A stretch of DNA of 64,000 nt from an uncultured Acidobacteriaceae bacterium (GTDB taxonomy: Bacteria > Acidobacteriota > Terriglobia > Terriglobales > Acidobacteriaceae). The stretch covers positions 974,456 to 1,038,455 of the forward strand of contig CAWCBQ010000003.1 in assembly GCA_963793885.1 (NCBI GenBank), read 5' to 3'. The translations under genes and the position numbers were made by a program. This document shows, one piece after another, positions 30,475-40,259 of this stretch; position 1 is the stretch's first letter, and the number at the start of each line of letters is the position of its first letter. The notes below the pieces were generated by a model. It ran no database searches and was not told where the DNA came from. It saw nothing but the letters and a program-made list of their open reading frames with translations.

Positions 30475-31166
30475 GTTCTGGCCTTGGCGAGGTGATCGAG
30501 AGCGCGCAAACGGGCGCGCTCGATGGCCGCATTCAGCTCTTCGCGCTTGTACTCGAACTCCTGTTCGGGGGTGTCTTGAGGAACCTCGGTGTAGCGAGCC
30601 CAACTGACGATGATGCGCGTAAACGGCATGGGGACGAGGAAGCGATCCCAGGAGTCGATGGTCCACGCGTGTTCGGGCTGGAGGTGAAATGCGCCGATGG
30701 GCGCGCCAGTCATTTTTGCGAGGTGGATTGGCCCCATTTTTGTGCGATAAATTGGGCCGCGCGGGCCGTCGGCGGTGAAGATGGCCGGCCCGCCGCATTC
30801 AATCGCGCTCTTGAGCCCGAGCAATCCTTCGCGCCCGCCGCGGGAGCTGGAACCGCGCACGTCCCGGAAGCCGAACAGGTTGAGAGTGCGGGTGATCAAT
30901 TCGCCGTCGAAGCTCTGGCTGATAATGATGGTGGCGTGGGTGCGGCGAAAGTACACCGTGCACGGCAACACGCACTGGTGCCAGAAGCAGTAGATCTCGG
31001 GGCCTACGCCTTCGCCGAAGGAGAGCGGTATTGCGCTCTCTTCGGCGATCGTCTCAAACCGCCAGGTGAGGCCGACGAGAGAAAACAGCATCCAAATCGC
31101 ACGCGGAACCACGGCCAGCACAAGGCGCTGGCCCAGTGTGAATCGGGGGTTGGCTTCAGTGGTCAC
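30471..31166 (-). CDS. DUF374 / lysophospholipid acyltransferase-like protein
   Basis: [36 protein letters not shown]. The stop overlaps the queA start (ATGA). Confidence 0.75.
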   Translation of the reverse strand: MTTEANPRFTLGQRLVLAVVPRAIWMLFSLVGLTWRFETIAEESAIPLSFGEGVGPEIYCFWHQCVLPCTVYFRRTHATIIISQSFDGELITRTLNLFGFRDVRGSSSRGGREGLLGLKSAIECGGPAIFTADGPRGPIYRTKMGPIHLAKMTGAPIGAFHLQPEHAWTIDSWDRFLVPMPFTRIIVSWARYTEVPQDTPEQEFEYKREELNAAIERARLRALDHLAKART

Positions 31167-31192
31167 TGTTTCGATTCTAGACGTTGCAGATG

Positions 31193-32440
31193 CTAGCTGT
31201 AGCGCAGCCAGCGGAGCAGTTCGGGGAGCGTGGCGCGCTTGCCGTACATGAGAATGCCGACGCGATAGAGGCGCGATGAAAACCAGAGCGTGGCCCAGAT
31301 GCTGACCATCATGAGGCCGATGGAGAGGGCAAACTGCCAGAGGGGCGGAATCTCAGAGGCCATGCGCAAAAACATGATGATGGGCGCGGTGGGCGGAAAC
31401 ATGGAGGCCAAAATCGACCAGATGGAATTCGAATCGTTGATGACCAGCACGATGAGCGCAAAGCTGAGCCATGTGGGCGCGGCGGCCAGGGGCATGTACA
31501 TCTGCAACTCCTGCTCGGTTTCGCAGGTGGCGGCGAGGCCCGCAAAGAGCGAGCTATAGAGCAAGTAGCCGAGCAGGAAATAGACCGGGAACAGAATGCC
31601 TTCGGTCCAGGTGAAGTGGACGGCATATTCCCCGGTGAGCAGCGCGGCGGCGAACGGAGAGATGAGGATGGCGGCGCCGGCGACGAGCCAGATGGCAATC
31701 TGGGTGAGGCCGACGGTGCCCACGCCGATGAGCTTTCCGGCCAGCATGTCACTGGGCTTGACGGTGGCCAGCATGACTTCAAAGATGCGCGAGGTCTTCT
31801 CCTGAATAATGGACCGGGCCACATTGAGGCCGTAGATCATGGTGGTCATCGACAACAGCAACGCCATCACATAGCCCTTCCAGAAGGACGCTTCCGCGTT
31901 GGTCTTGACGATGGAGCCGTCCTTTTTTACCTGAAAAGACTGAATCGGTATGCCCTTGAGCGCAGCATCGGCATCGGCGGTATTCATACCCGCGCCGTTG
32001 AGGCGCTGGTCAACCAATCCGTCGTCGAGGGCTTTCTCGAGCTTCGAATTGATGATGAAATCGCCCGAGGACTGGGATGTGTACGTGGCCTTGGGCACGC
32101 CTCCAGACGCAGCGTCGACGGAAAGGACTCCGTCGATCGACTTGGCTTGAAGCTGCTCAAGGAGGGCCGCGCGGGTATCGGGGTCATCCGGCACCACAAC
32201 GTCCACGGTTGCTTTGCTTTCTGTGTCACTCATGAGCTGGTTGCGGATGGCGACGGCCAGCGCGGGGTCAGTTGCGGTGATGACCAGGCGCTTGTTGTCG
32301 CCGAGGCCAAGGCTGGCGAGATAGCCGACGCCGATGATGACGGCGAACAGAACCGGCAGACCGATAGTAGACAGTCGGAAGGCGCGGCCGCGAATCTGCT
32401 CAAGATATTCGCGCTTTGCAATCAGGAGCATGTTATTCAT
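31193..32440 (-). CDS. ABC-2 type transporter permease (NatB-like, large extracytoplasmic loop)
   Basis: Starts MNNMLLIAKREYLEQIRGRAF at 32440 (ATGAATAA overlap with the ATPase stop). One TM + long loop + 5 TM. The track ORF extends spuriously to 32839. Confidence 0.75.
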   Translation of the reverse strand: MNNMLLIAKREYLEQIRGRAFRLSTIGLPVLFAVIIGVGYLASLGLGDNKRLVITATDPALAVAIRNQLMSDTESKATVDVVVPDDPDTRAALLEQLQAKSIDGVLSVDAASGGVPKATYTSQSSGDFIINSKLEKALDDGLVDQRLNGAGMNTADADAALKGIPIQSFQVKKDGSIVKTNAEASFWKGYVMALLLSMTTMIYGLNVARSIIQEKTSRIFEVMLATVKPSDMLAGKLIGVGTVGLTQIAIWLVAGAAILISPFAAALLTGEYAVHFTWTEGILFPVYFLLGYLLYSSLFAGLAATCETEQELQMYMPLAAAPTWLSFALIVLVINDSNSIWSILASMFPPTAPIIMFLRMASEIPPLWQFALSIGLMMVSIWATLWFSSRLYRVGILMYGKRATLPELLRWLRYS

Positions 32441-33356
32441 CGGCCTTGCCTCCCACCGTCTTGATAAAGATTTCTTCGAGCGAAGGCTCGACGAGCTCAA
32501 AGCGATAGATAACCGCCATGGAAGCGGCCAGGTGCAACAGTTCTTGCGCATCGCCGTGCGGCTTGAGGCGAATTTCGGCATGGCCGGAGAAGTTTTTCGC
32601 CTCGGCAATTTCTTCGCTGTTGAGGAAAGCGGGGTCGCCTTCGAACTCGACGATGACGCGATTGCGCTCATAACGGCTCTTGATCTCGCGCACCCTGCCG
32701 GAGAGCACGGCCTGGCCGTTATTGATGAGGCAGATGGAGTCGCACAGCTTCTCGACCTGGTCCATGCGATGGGTTGAGAACAGGATGGCCTTGCCCTGAT
32801 CTTTGAGTTCGAGCAGGGTCTGCTCGACAAGCACGGCATTCACCGGATCGAGGCCGCTGAAGGGCTCATCCATCACGACAAGGCCGGGATCGTGGAGCAG
32901 AGACGCGATGAACTGGATCTTCTGCTGCATGCCCTTGGAAAGCTCTTCGGTTTTCTTGTGGAGCGCTTCAGCAATCTCCATGCGCTCGGCCCAGGCGATG
33001 GCGCGCTTGCGCGCTTCCCCGGCCGCAAGCCCGTGCAGCCGGCCAAAGAAGACCAACTGGTCGACAACTTTCATTTTTTTATAGAGGCCGCGCTCCTCAG
33101 GCAGGTAGCCAACGCGCTCAAGGCTCTTGCGCTCGAAGGTTTTGCCGAACAGACTGACCCGGCCCGAGTCGGGGATGGTGATGCCCATCATCATGCGAAT
33201 GGAGCTTGTTTTGCCGGCGCCGTTTGGCCCCAGCAGGCCGAACATCTGGCCCGCATCAATCGAAAGGCTCAGGTTATCGACAGCAACTTTGTTCTCATAG
33301 GCCTTGGTGACTGCCGCGAGCTCTACGACTGGCATGGGTTCTCCTGCGACATTCAT
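32433..33356 (-). CDS. ABC transporter ATP-binding protein
   Basis: Walker A GPNGAGKTS, signature LSKGMQQK, Walker B VVMDEPFSGLD, H-loop STHRM. Confidence 0.9.
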   Translation of the reverse strand: MNVAGEPMPVVELAAVTKAYENKVAVDNLSLSIDAGQMFGLLGPNGAGKTSSIRMMMGITIPDSGRVSLFGKTFERKSLERVGYLPEERGLYKKMKVVDQLVFFGRLHGLAAGEARKRAIAWAERMEIAEALHKKTEELSKGMQQKIQFIASLLHDPGLVVMDEPFSGLDPVNAVLVEQTLLELKDQGKAILFSTHRMDQVEKLCDSICLINNGQAVLSGRVREIKSRYERNRVIVEFEGDPAFLNSEEIAEAKNFSGHAEIRLKPHGDAQELLHLAASMAVIYRFELVEPSLEEIFIKTVGGKADE

Positions 33357-33880
33357 TCTCCAGATCGATTATGGGCAAGCCAACGGGACTTACCAACGAA
33401 ACAAACCAGGGGAACGGACCATAGAGCAGTGTAGCAAAGAGGATGGCACTGGGATTTTGCGCCTCTCGGGAGCAATCGATGGGTGGGAAAGACTTAGAGA
33501 ATCAGACTGCTGACAGAGTCCGATTGGACACGCAAGGCATCCCTCAGCGGCTAAAGCCGTGCCTTTTCAAAGCGAGGCTTTGAGCAAGATGTTTCCAGAG
33601 TAAACTCGTGCCCTTTCAAAAGCGGCGCGTTTTTTCAGCGAGCTGAGAGAATGGTTGCTGTTTCGCAGGCGGATGGGGCGGAGGTTTCTGTGGTTGGGCT
33701 GGGGTCCGGGTTCCCAGACTGGCACTTTTCCCAGCTCATGGCCAACCGGGGATCGAAATCGTCTACGATGGGACGATGGCGAGGCGGCGTACGACCAAAG
33801 AGTGATTCAATGTGTACCAAAGACGCACAGCTGGCTCGACTTAGGGCACCTACAGTAACAATAGCGGTCGGGAGAGAGAA

Positions 33881-35251
33881 ATGTCGACTTTGCTGCAAGT
33901 GAAGAATTTTGATAACGACTTCTTAAGATCCGAACATTCTACAGACCCAACGCAAAGGCCGGAGTCCGTTGCGGAGCTCGGGATTCGTCAGGCGGTTCTC
34001 GACGACATTGTGTTGAAGACGCTTTGCCTGACCGGCCCACTCTCCATCTTTGCGCTGGCCGACCACGTCCATCTTGGATATGAAGCGACGAATGAACTGT
34101 TTTCCAGGCTGCGCGCGGAATCGCTGTGCATGGTGAACGGCATGGTCGGCAATTTTCCCCGGGTTGCGCTCACTTCCCTGGGAAGATCGCGCGCGTTGGA
34201 ACTGCTTTCGCAGAATCAATACACGGGCGCTGCGCCGGTATCGCTGGAGCGCTATGTGGAACAGGTGCGCAGGCAGAGCGTGCAGAACGTCGAGGTGCAT
34301 GCCGCCGAAGTCGAGCGCGCCTTTGCACACCTTGTAATCGACGACGAGACTCTGCGCCAGTTTGGCACCGCGCTGAATTCGGGCAGCTCGATTTTCCTCT
34401 ACGGCCCCCCGGGGGTCGGCAAGACGACCATGGCGGAGGTTTTATCGAACGTGATGGCCGAGGATGAGGTCTGGATTCCTCACGCAATTGAAGTGGATGG
34501 GCAGATTATCAGCGTGTACGACAGCGCTGTTCACAAGGCTGTTCAGAGTCTGGAGCGCGACAACCATGACAACCGCTGGGTGCGATGCCACCGGCCGGCG
34601 GTGAAGGCGGGCGGGGAGCTTACGGCCGAGATGCTGGACCTGCAATTCAACCCGGTTTCAAAGTTCTACACGGGACCGCTGCAAGTGAAGGCCAATAACG
34701 GCGTGCTGATTATCGATGATTTTGGACGACAACGGATTCAACCGGAAGAGTTGCTGAATCGCTGGATTGTTCCGCTGGACCGGCGAGTCGACTTTCTGAC
34801 TCTTTCGGGGGGAAAGACGATTGAAGTGCCGTTCGAGATGCTGGTGGTGTTTGCGACGAATATCGATCCGGAGCAGTTGGTGGATCCCTCGTTCCTGCGC
34901 AGGATTCAGACGAAGATCAGGATCGGCGCGGTGACGGAGGAACAGTTCGCTGAGATTTTCCGCCGCGTGGCCATCGACAAGCAGGTGCAATACGATCCGC
35001 AGATTCCCGGCGAACTGATTGAATACATCCAGGCCACGCTTGGAGAAGAGTTGAGATCGTGCTACCCGCGGGATATTGTGAACCAGGTTTGCTGGGCGGC
35101 GCGCTATGAGAGGAAAAAGCCCTACCTGGACATGGCTTCATTGACGCAGGCGCTCGAAGCATACTTCCCGAAGAAGGCTGCTCCGACAAATGGCAGGGAG
35201 CCGCTGGTCTTTTTGCCGATGGAGAAACGGCTGGGCTATCGCACGGCCTGA
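33881..35251 (+). CDS. AAA+ ATPase with an unassigned ~180-aa N-terminal domain, function unknown
   Basis: RBS GGGAGAG before the ATG. Walker A GPPGVGKTT, Walker B VLIIDDFGRQ, LLNRWIVPLDRRVDFLTL...VPFEMLVVFATN, sensor/arginine region DPSFLRRIQTKIRI. No GAFTGA loop and no partner gene. Confidence 0.75.
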   Translation: MSTLLQVKNFDNDFLRSEHSTDPTQRPESVAELGIRQAVLDDIVLKTLCLTGPLSIFALADHVHLGYEATNELFSRLRAESLCMVNGMVGNFPRVALTSLGRSRALELLSQNQYTGAAPVSLERYVEQVRRQSVQNVEVHAAEVERAFAHLVIDDETLRQFGTALNSGSSIFLYGPPGVGKTTMAEVLSNVMAEDEVWIPHAIEVDGQIISVYDSAVHKAVQSLERDNHDNRWVRCHRPAVKAGGELTAEMLDLQFNPVSKFYTGPLQVKANNGVLIIDDFGRQRIQPEELLNRWIVPLDRRVDFLTLSGGKTIEVPFEMLVVFATNIDPEQLVDPSFLRRIQTKIRIGAVTEEQFAEIFRRVAIDKQVQYDPQIPGELIEYIQATLGEELRSCYPRDIVNQVCWAARYERKKPYLDMASLTQALEAYFPKKAAPTNGREPLVFLPMEKRLGYRTA

Positions 35252-35326
35252 CCGGCGGCTGCACCACCCTTGCCGCCTGCTTCCGCACGCAACAAGGATG
35301 GGAGCCGACTTCCGCACGTCGATTTT

Positions 35327-36676
35327 CTATAGAAGCTTCATGGCGTCCGGGTCCCAGTTGACCACCTGGCCGCGTTCCATACTGAGATTGCTCAACAGGG
35401 CAGCTCCGGCGGCGCGAAAACCGAAGACCGCATCTTCGACCACCGGCTTGCGCGTGCGGACCGCCGCAAAGAAGTTTTTGAAATGGTCGTAGCTGTCGCT
35501 GTAACCCCTTGGAGCTTGAAACTTCTCAACGCCCCCCAGCGATTCCGTTCCCGAATGCGGCGGATACTTGCGATGGTATTGTTCGAGGATCTGGTTTTGC
35601 ATCGCGTCGGTGAAGGTATCGATGGTGTAGCCGGGAGCCTGTTCGCGCGGCACGCGACTGAGGGTCACGCCGTCGCCGCCAATCTCGATTGTGCCTTCGG
35701 AGCCGGTGAAGAGGAGACCCTCGCTCTCCTCGCCGCCATCGACGAAGTTGACGCGCAGGCTCAGGTTGAATCCCTCGCGATAGTCGAACAGACCGAGCAT
35801 GACGTCGGGCACATCGCGGCCGTCGTTCCAGAAGCGCAGGCCTCCTGTCGCCATGGCGCGGTTTGGCCCGTGCGAGCCAGTAATGAAGTGCGCTCCGCTG
35901 AAAAGATGGACGAAGAGATCGCCTGCCACGCCGCTGCCGTAGGCCTTCCATTTGCGCCACTGGAAAAAATGCTCGGGATTGAAGGGAATCTTGGGAGCGG
36001 TGCCCAGGAATCGCGGCCAGTCGCAGGTTTCTGTCGAGGCATCGAGCGGAACCGTATAGTTCCAGGCGCCCATCGCCGAGTTGCGGTCCCAGCGCGCGGT
36101 AATCAAGTTGAGCTTGCCGATGGCGCCGGCTTCAAGAAGCTCCTTGGCCTTGATATAGAGCAACGAGCTGACGCGCTGGCTGCCGATCTGGATGATCCGG
36201 TTGTTGGCGCGCGCGGCTTCGATCATCTGGGGACCGTCCTCGTAGAGATGGATCATCGGCTTCTCGCAATAGACGTCCTTGCCGGCCTTCATGGCGTCCA
36301 CCGAAGCCCGCTTGTGCCAATGATCGGGGGTACCGATGATGACCGCGTCAACATCCTTGCGCGCCAGAATCTCGTTGTAGTCGCGGGTGGTGAAGATGTC
36401 GTCGCCCCAGATCTCCTTGCTGTGATCGAGGCGGCCGTTGTAGCAGTCTGCCACGGCCACCAGTTTGACGCCCGGCACCTGTACGGCAACCTTTGTGTCT
36501 CCCTGGCCCTGGCCTCCCGCGCCGATCAGAGCAATCTGGATGTGATCGTTGGCGGCAACCGGCTTGCCTGATTCATTTTGAATGGCGCCTAAGGCGTGAA
36601 CCCTGGCGCCCAGCATGGTTGCTGCCGATGCGGCCCCGACGGCTTTGAGAAAGCCCCTGCGATTCAGACTGTGCAT
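35327..36676 (-). CDS. Tat-signal Gfo/Idh/MocA family oxidoreductase (intact paralog)
   Basis: MHSLNRRGFLKAVGAASAATMLG leader (ATG 36676), IALIGAGGQGQGD, GTPDHWH, CEKPM. The track ORF extends upstream to 36877. Confidence 0.85.
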   Translation of the reverse strand: MHSLNRRGFLKAVGAASAATMLGARVHALGAIQNESGKPVAANDHIQIALIGAGGQGQGDTKVAVQVPGVKLVAVADCYNGRLDHSKEIWGDDIFTTRDYNEILARKDVDAVIIGTPDHWHKRASVDAMKAGKDVYCEKPMIHLYEDGPQMIEAARANNRIIQIGSQRVSSLLYIKAKELLEAGAIGKLNLITARWDRNSAMGAWNYTVPLDASTETCDWPRFLGTAPKIPFNPEHFFQWRKWKAYGSGVAGDLFVHLFSGAHFITGSHGPNRAMATGGLRFWNDGRDVPDVMLGLFDYREGFNLSLRVNFVDGGEESEGLLFTGSEGTIEIGGDGVTLSRVPREQAPGYTIDTFTDAMQNQILEQYHRKYPPHSGTESLGGVEKFQAPRGYSDSYDHFKNFFAAVRTRKPVVEDAVFGFRAAGAALLSNLSMERGQVVNWDPDAMKLL

Positions 36677-36797
36677 TTCGTATCCCTCCGGCGAGTGAAT
36701 TTCCACCGCATATAAACATACACGGCAGGGGCGGGCACACGAGCCCACGGTCCCGAGTGATTGTCTCTGCGGCGCGAGGGCATTTAGCATCCTGAGT

Positions 36798-39116
36798 GTG
36801 AGCGGCTTAGACACTCCGGCGATGTATGTGCGCGGCGTGGGTCCCCGCGTGTCAGAGATGCTTGGCTTGAAGGGCATCCAGACCGCGGAGGATCTGCTCT
36901 ACCACCTGCCTTTCCGCTATGAGGATCGGCAAAACCCGCGCAGCCTGGATGAACTCGTGCCAGGCGAGATGGCCAGCGTGATTGCCGAAGTGCGGGGCTC
37001 AACGCTGTTGCGCACCCGCAAGGCTCCGATTTTTGAGCTAACCGTGGGCCAGGGGCGCTGTGCGCTGAAGTGCGTCTGGTTCAACGGGACGTATCTGAGC
37101 GGCAAGTTTCACGCAGGGCAGACCGTGGCTGTTTACGGCAAAGTGGAACCGTCGCGCTCGAGCAGCAACTTCAAGATGATCCAGCCGCAGTTCGAGCTGT
37201 TGCCGGATGCGAGCGACGACGCGGAGACGCGGCTGCTTGAGGTGGGACGCATCACGCCGGTTTACGAATCGCTGGGCGGCAACAAGCTGACCTCGCGCTG
37301 GCAGCGGAAAGTGATCTTTAACCTGCTGGAGACGTTGCGCGGCGCGGTGCCGGAGTGCCTTCCGCGCGCACTGCTGGCGCGGCTTCAGTTGCCGGACCGC
37401 GAGACAGCCCTGCGCGACGTGCATTTTCCGCCTGAGGGAACGCCGTGGACGGAGTTGCAGGGCTCGGCCACACCTGCACACCGGCGGCTGATTTTTGAGG
37501 AGCTGTTCTTTCTGGAGCTGGGCCTGGAGTTGAAGCGGCGGCGCATGAGAGAACGAGCGGGAATCGGCTTTGCGACCACGGACAAGGTGCGGGAAGCCAT
37601 CCGCGAGGTACTTCCCTTTCATCCGACGGCTGCGCAGAAGCGGGCTTTGGGCGAGATCGTGGCGGACATGCGCGGCCCCAGCCCCATGCGGCGGCTGCTG
37701 CAGGGCGACGTGGGTTCGGGAAAGACGATTGTGGCGTTTCAAGCCATGCTGGTGGCCATGGAAAACGGCTACCAGGCGGCACTGATGGCGCCGACCGAGA
37801 TTCTGGCGACGCAACATTTTCTGGCGGCGCGTAAGTTGCTGGAGCGGTCGTCGCGCAATCCGCGGATTGTGCTGTTGACCGGATCTCTCGACGAAGACCG
37901 CAAGCGCCATATACGCAGCCTGATCAACCGCGGCGAGGCTCAACTAGTGATCGGCACTCACGCGCTGATCGAAGAAAAGGTGGAGTTCGACAAACTGGGG
38001 CTGGTGGTGGTGGACGAGCAGCATCGCTTCGGTGTTTTGCAGCGCTTCAAGCTCATGAAGAAGCCGAATCAACCGGAGCCCGACGTGCTGGTGATGACCG
38101 CGACTCCCATACCGCGCACGCTGGCGCTTTCACTCTACGGAGACCTTGACCTAAGCGTGCTGGACGAGTTGCCTCCGGGGCGCACGCCGATTGTGACCCG
38201 GCGCGTTTCTGATGAGCGTTCAGCGGAGGTCTGGGAGTTTGTGAGAAAGCAAGTGGCGCAAAAGCGCCAGGCCTACGTCGTCTACCCGGTGATCGAAGGA
38301 ACCAAGGACGACCAGCCGGAGCGGGATTTCCCGGACGATCCGGAGAACGGGCCGGAGAATGGGCTCGAAGGCAGAGTTGAAGGCAGGCTCAGAGGCAAGA
38401 TTGAGAGCAGGATTGATCGAGCGCCGAAGGCCGCCCGCAAAGGCAAGACGGCGGAGCTGTTCCCGATGACTGCGCAGGAGGCAAGCCCAACGGCAAAATC
38501 GGGACTGAAATCGGCGGTCGACATGCACGAAAGACTGCGCACAGGACCGCTGGCCGGGCTGCGCGTGGGACTGTTGCATGGCCGACTGGAAGCCGACGAA
38601 AAAGAGATCATCATGCGGCGGTTTCAGCGCGGGGAGATTGACGTGCTGGTGGCCACAACGGTGATCGAGGTGGGCGTTGACGTTCCGAACGCGACGGTGA
38701 TGGTGATCGAACATGCGGAGCGATTCGGCCTGGCGCAACTGCACCAATTGCGCGGCCGCGTGGGACGCGGAGCCGCGAAAAGCTACTGCATTCTGATGAC
38801 CGGCTCGCGGGTGTCTCCGCTGCCCGAAGAACGGTTGATCGCGATGGTGAGAACCCAGGATGGATTCGAGCTGGCTGAGCTCGACCTGTCGATGCGCGGG
38901 CCTGGCGAGTTTTTTGGAACGCGGCAAGCTGGGCTGCCGGACTTCAGGGTCGCCGACCTGGTGCGCGACCGCAAGCTGCTGGAATCGGCCAAGCAGGAGG
39001 CTGACCGGTTTGCCAACCACACTGACGCTGAGATTGCCGAGCCCGAGCGCGCACGGGTGTGGGCACGCCTGAAAGCAGCCTGGCAACGCCGGTATGGACT
39101 GGTGGAGGCAGGATGA
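36798..39116 (+). CDS. recG: ATP-dependent DNA helicase RecG (with a lineage-specific ~70-aa insertion)
   Basis: Wedge/OB N-terminus, helicase motifs GDVGSGKT, VVDEQHRFGV, MTATPIPRT, QLHQLRGRVGRG, and the TRG motif region. GTG start as given in the track. Confidence 0.95.
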   Translation: MSGLDTPAMYVRGVGPRVSEMLGLKGIQTAEDLLYHLPFRYEDRQNPRSLDELVPGEMASVIAEVRGSTLLRTRKAPIFELTVGQGRCALKCVWFNGTYLSGKFHAGQTVAVYGKVEPSRSSSNFKMIQPQFELLPDASDDAETRLLEVGRITPVYESLGGNKLTSRWQRKVIFNLLETLRGAVPECLPRALLARLQLPDRETALRDVHFPPEGTPWTELQGSATPAHRRLIFEELFFLELGLELKRRRMRERAGIGFATTDKVREAIREVLPFHPTAAQKRALGEIVADMRGPSPMRRLLQGDVGSGKTIVAFQAMLVAMENGYQAALMAPTEILATQHFLAARKLLERSSRNPRIVLLTGSLDEDRKRHIRSLINRGEAQLVIGTHALIEEKVEFDKLGLVVVDEQHRFGVLQRFKLMKKPNQPEPDVLVMTATPIPRTLALSLYGDLDLSVLDELPPGRTPIVTRRVSDERSAEVWEFVRKQVAQKRQAYVVYPVIEGTKDDQPERDFPDDPENGPENGLEGRVEGRLRGKIESRIDRAPKAARKGKTAELFPMTAQEASPTAKSGLKSAVDMHERLRTGPLAGLRVGLLHGRLEADEKEIIMRRFQRGEIDVLVATTVIEVGVDVPNATVMVIEHAERFGLAQLHQLRGRVGRGAAKSYCILMTGSRVSPLPEERLIAMVRTQDGFELAELDLSMRGPGEFFGTRQAGLPDFRVADLVRDRKLLESAKQEADRFANHTDAEIAEPERARVWARLKAAWQRRYGLVEAG

Positions 39117-39223
39117 GAGTGCAATGATGACACCGGAACGAGAGTGTATTTACAAAGCGCGGGTTGAAAGTGAATTTATAATTTGATGCTCGGGGACCGG
39201 ACTATAGGTTTGGGAGAACGACA

Positions 39224-40150
39224 TTGAAAGAACAGCATCTGATCCTGGGAATTGGCGAATTGCTTTGGGATGTTTTGCCGGAGGGATCGAGGTTGGGCGG
39301 GGCGCCGACGAACTTCGCCGTGATGGCAGGGCGGCTTGGCGACCACGCGACCATTCTGAGCCGCATTGGCCGCGATGACTTGGGGCGGAGAGCGGTAAAC
39401 GAGCTCGATCCGCTCCCGGTGGACACGAGCGGCATTCAAGTGGACACGCGGCATGAGACGGGCCGGGTGACGGTGACGTTCGATCGCGGCGAACCTCATT
39501 ACACGATTCACCAGCCGGCGGCGTGGGATTTTCTGGAGCTTACCGATGCGTGGGTGCAGCTTGCGGAACGTGCGGATGCGGTTTGCTTCGGATCGCTGGC
39601 GCAGAGGGCGCAGCCGTCTCGGCAGACGATCCAGACACTGGTTGCCGAGTGCGCTGAGAGCTGCATACGCGTGTTCGATGTGAATCTGCGGGCTCCGTTC
39701 TACTCGGGCGAGGTGATCGAGGAGTCGCTGGAGCTGGCGACCGTGGTGAAGATGAACGAAGATGAAGTGGGGCGGATCCTGGGGCTGCTGGGGCTGCCCG
39801 CCACAGGGGGTCCTGAAAAGGAGCGGATGCGTCGGAGCGCGGAGCGATTGCTCGAAGAGTTTCCGACACTGGAGATGGCGGCGGTGACGCGAGGCGGCCA
39901 TGGAAGCCTGCTTGTGCGCCGTGAGGAGTGGAGCGAACACGCTGGCTTCGAAGTGAAAACAGGGGATCCGATCGGCGCCGGGGATGCGTTTACCGCGGCT
40001 ATGACGCACTACCTGCTGCGGGGGGCGGACCTGGTCACTCTGAATGAGGCGGGAAACCGATGGGGGGCGTGGGTGGCGAGCCAAACAGGCGCAATGCCGG
40101 AGCTTCTGGAGGCGGTAAGGGCCGGAATTGCGGCGGCGATCGAGAGCTGA
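39224..40150 (+). CDS. PfkB family carbohydrate kinase
   Basis: GELLWDVLP...LGGAPTNFA N-terminal motif and the C-terminal GAGDAFTAAM anion-hole motif. TTG start with a GGGAGA RBS. Confidence 0.8.
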   Translation: MKEQHLILGIGELLWDVLPEGSRLGGAPTNFAVMAGRLGDHATILSRIGRDDLGRRAVNELDPLPVDTSGIQVDTRHETGRVTVTFDRGEPHYTIHQPAAWDFLELTDAWVQLAERADAVCFGSLAQRAQPSRQTIQTLVAECAESCIRVFDVNLRAPFYSGEVIEESLELATVVKMNEDEVGRILGLLGLPATGGPEKERMRRSAERLLEEFPTLEMAAVTRGGHGSLLVRREEWSEHAGFEVKTGDPIGAGDAFTAAMTHYLLRGADLVTLNEAGNRWGAWVASQTGAMPELLEAVRAGIAAAIES

Positions 40151-40259
40151 GCGAAGCAGAATTCGACGGCGACGGAAAGAGCCGTGGAAGAGAGGAAAAG
40201 CGGGAGCTGAGAAAACGATTTCCAGATTGTCAAAGGGCGCTGGGGCAAATTAGTATGGC

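Noticed and set aside
33720-33736. TGGCAC-containing sigma-54 promoter-like site upstream of the AAA+ gene
   Set aside because: The downstream element is ccagc, not TTGC, and the GG-to-GC spacing is off by one. A single weak hit cannot be supported.
35483-36571. 362-aa plus-strand ORF, plus similar ones at 8962-9936, 5328-6215, 37038-37943, 39176-40084, 62893-63585 and 24020-24937
   Set aside because: Each is antisense to a gene with strong family motifs, and none has motifs of its own.
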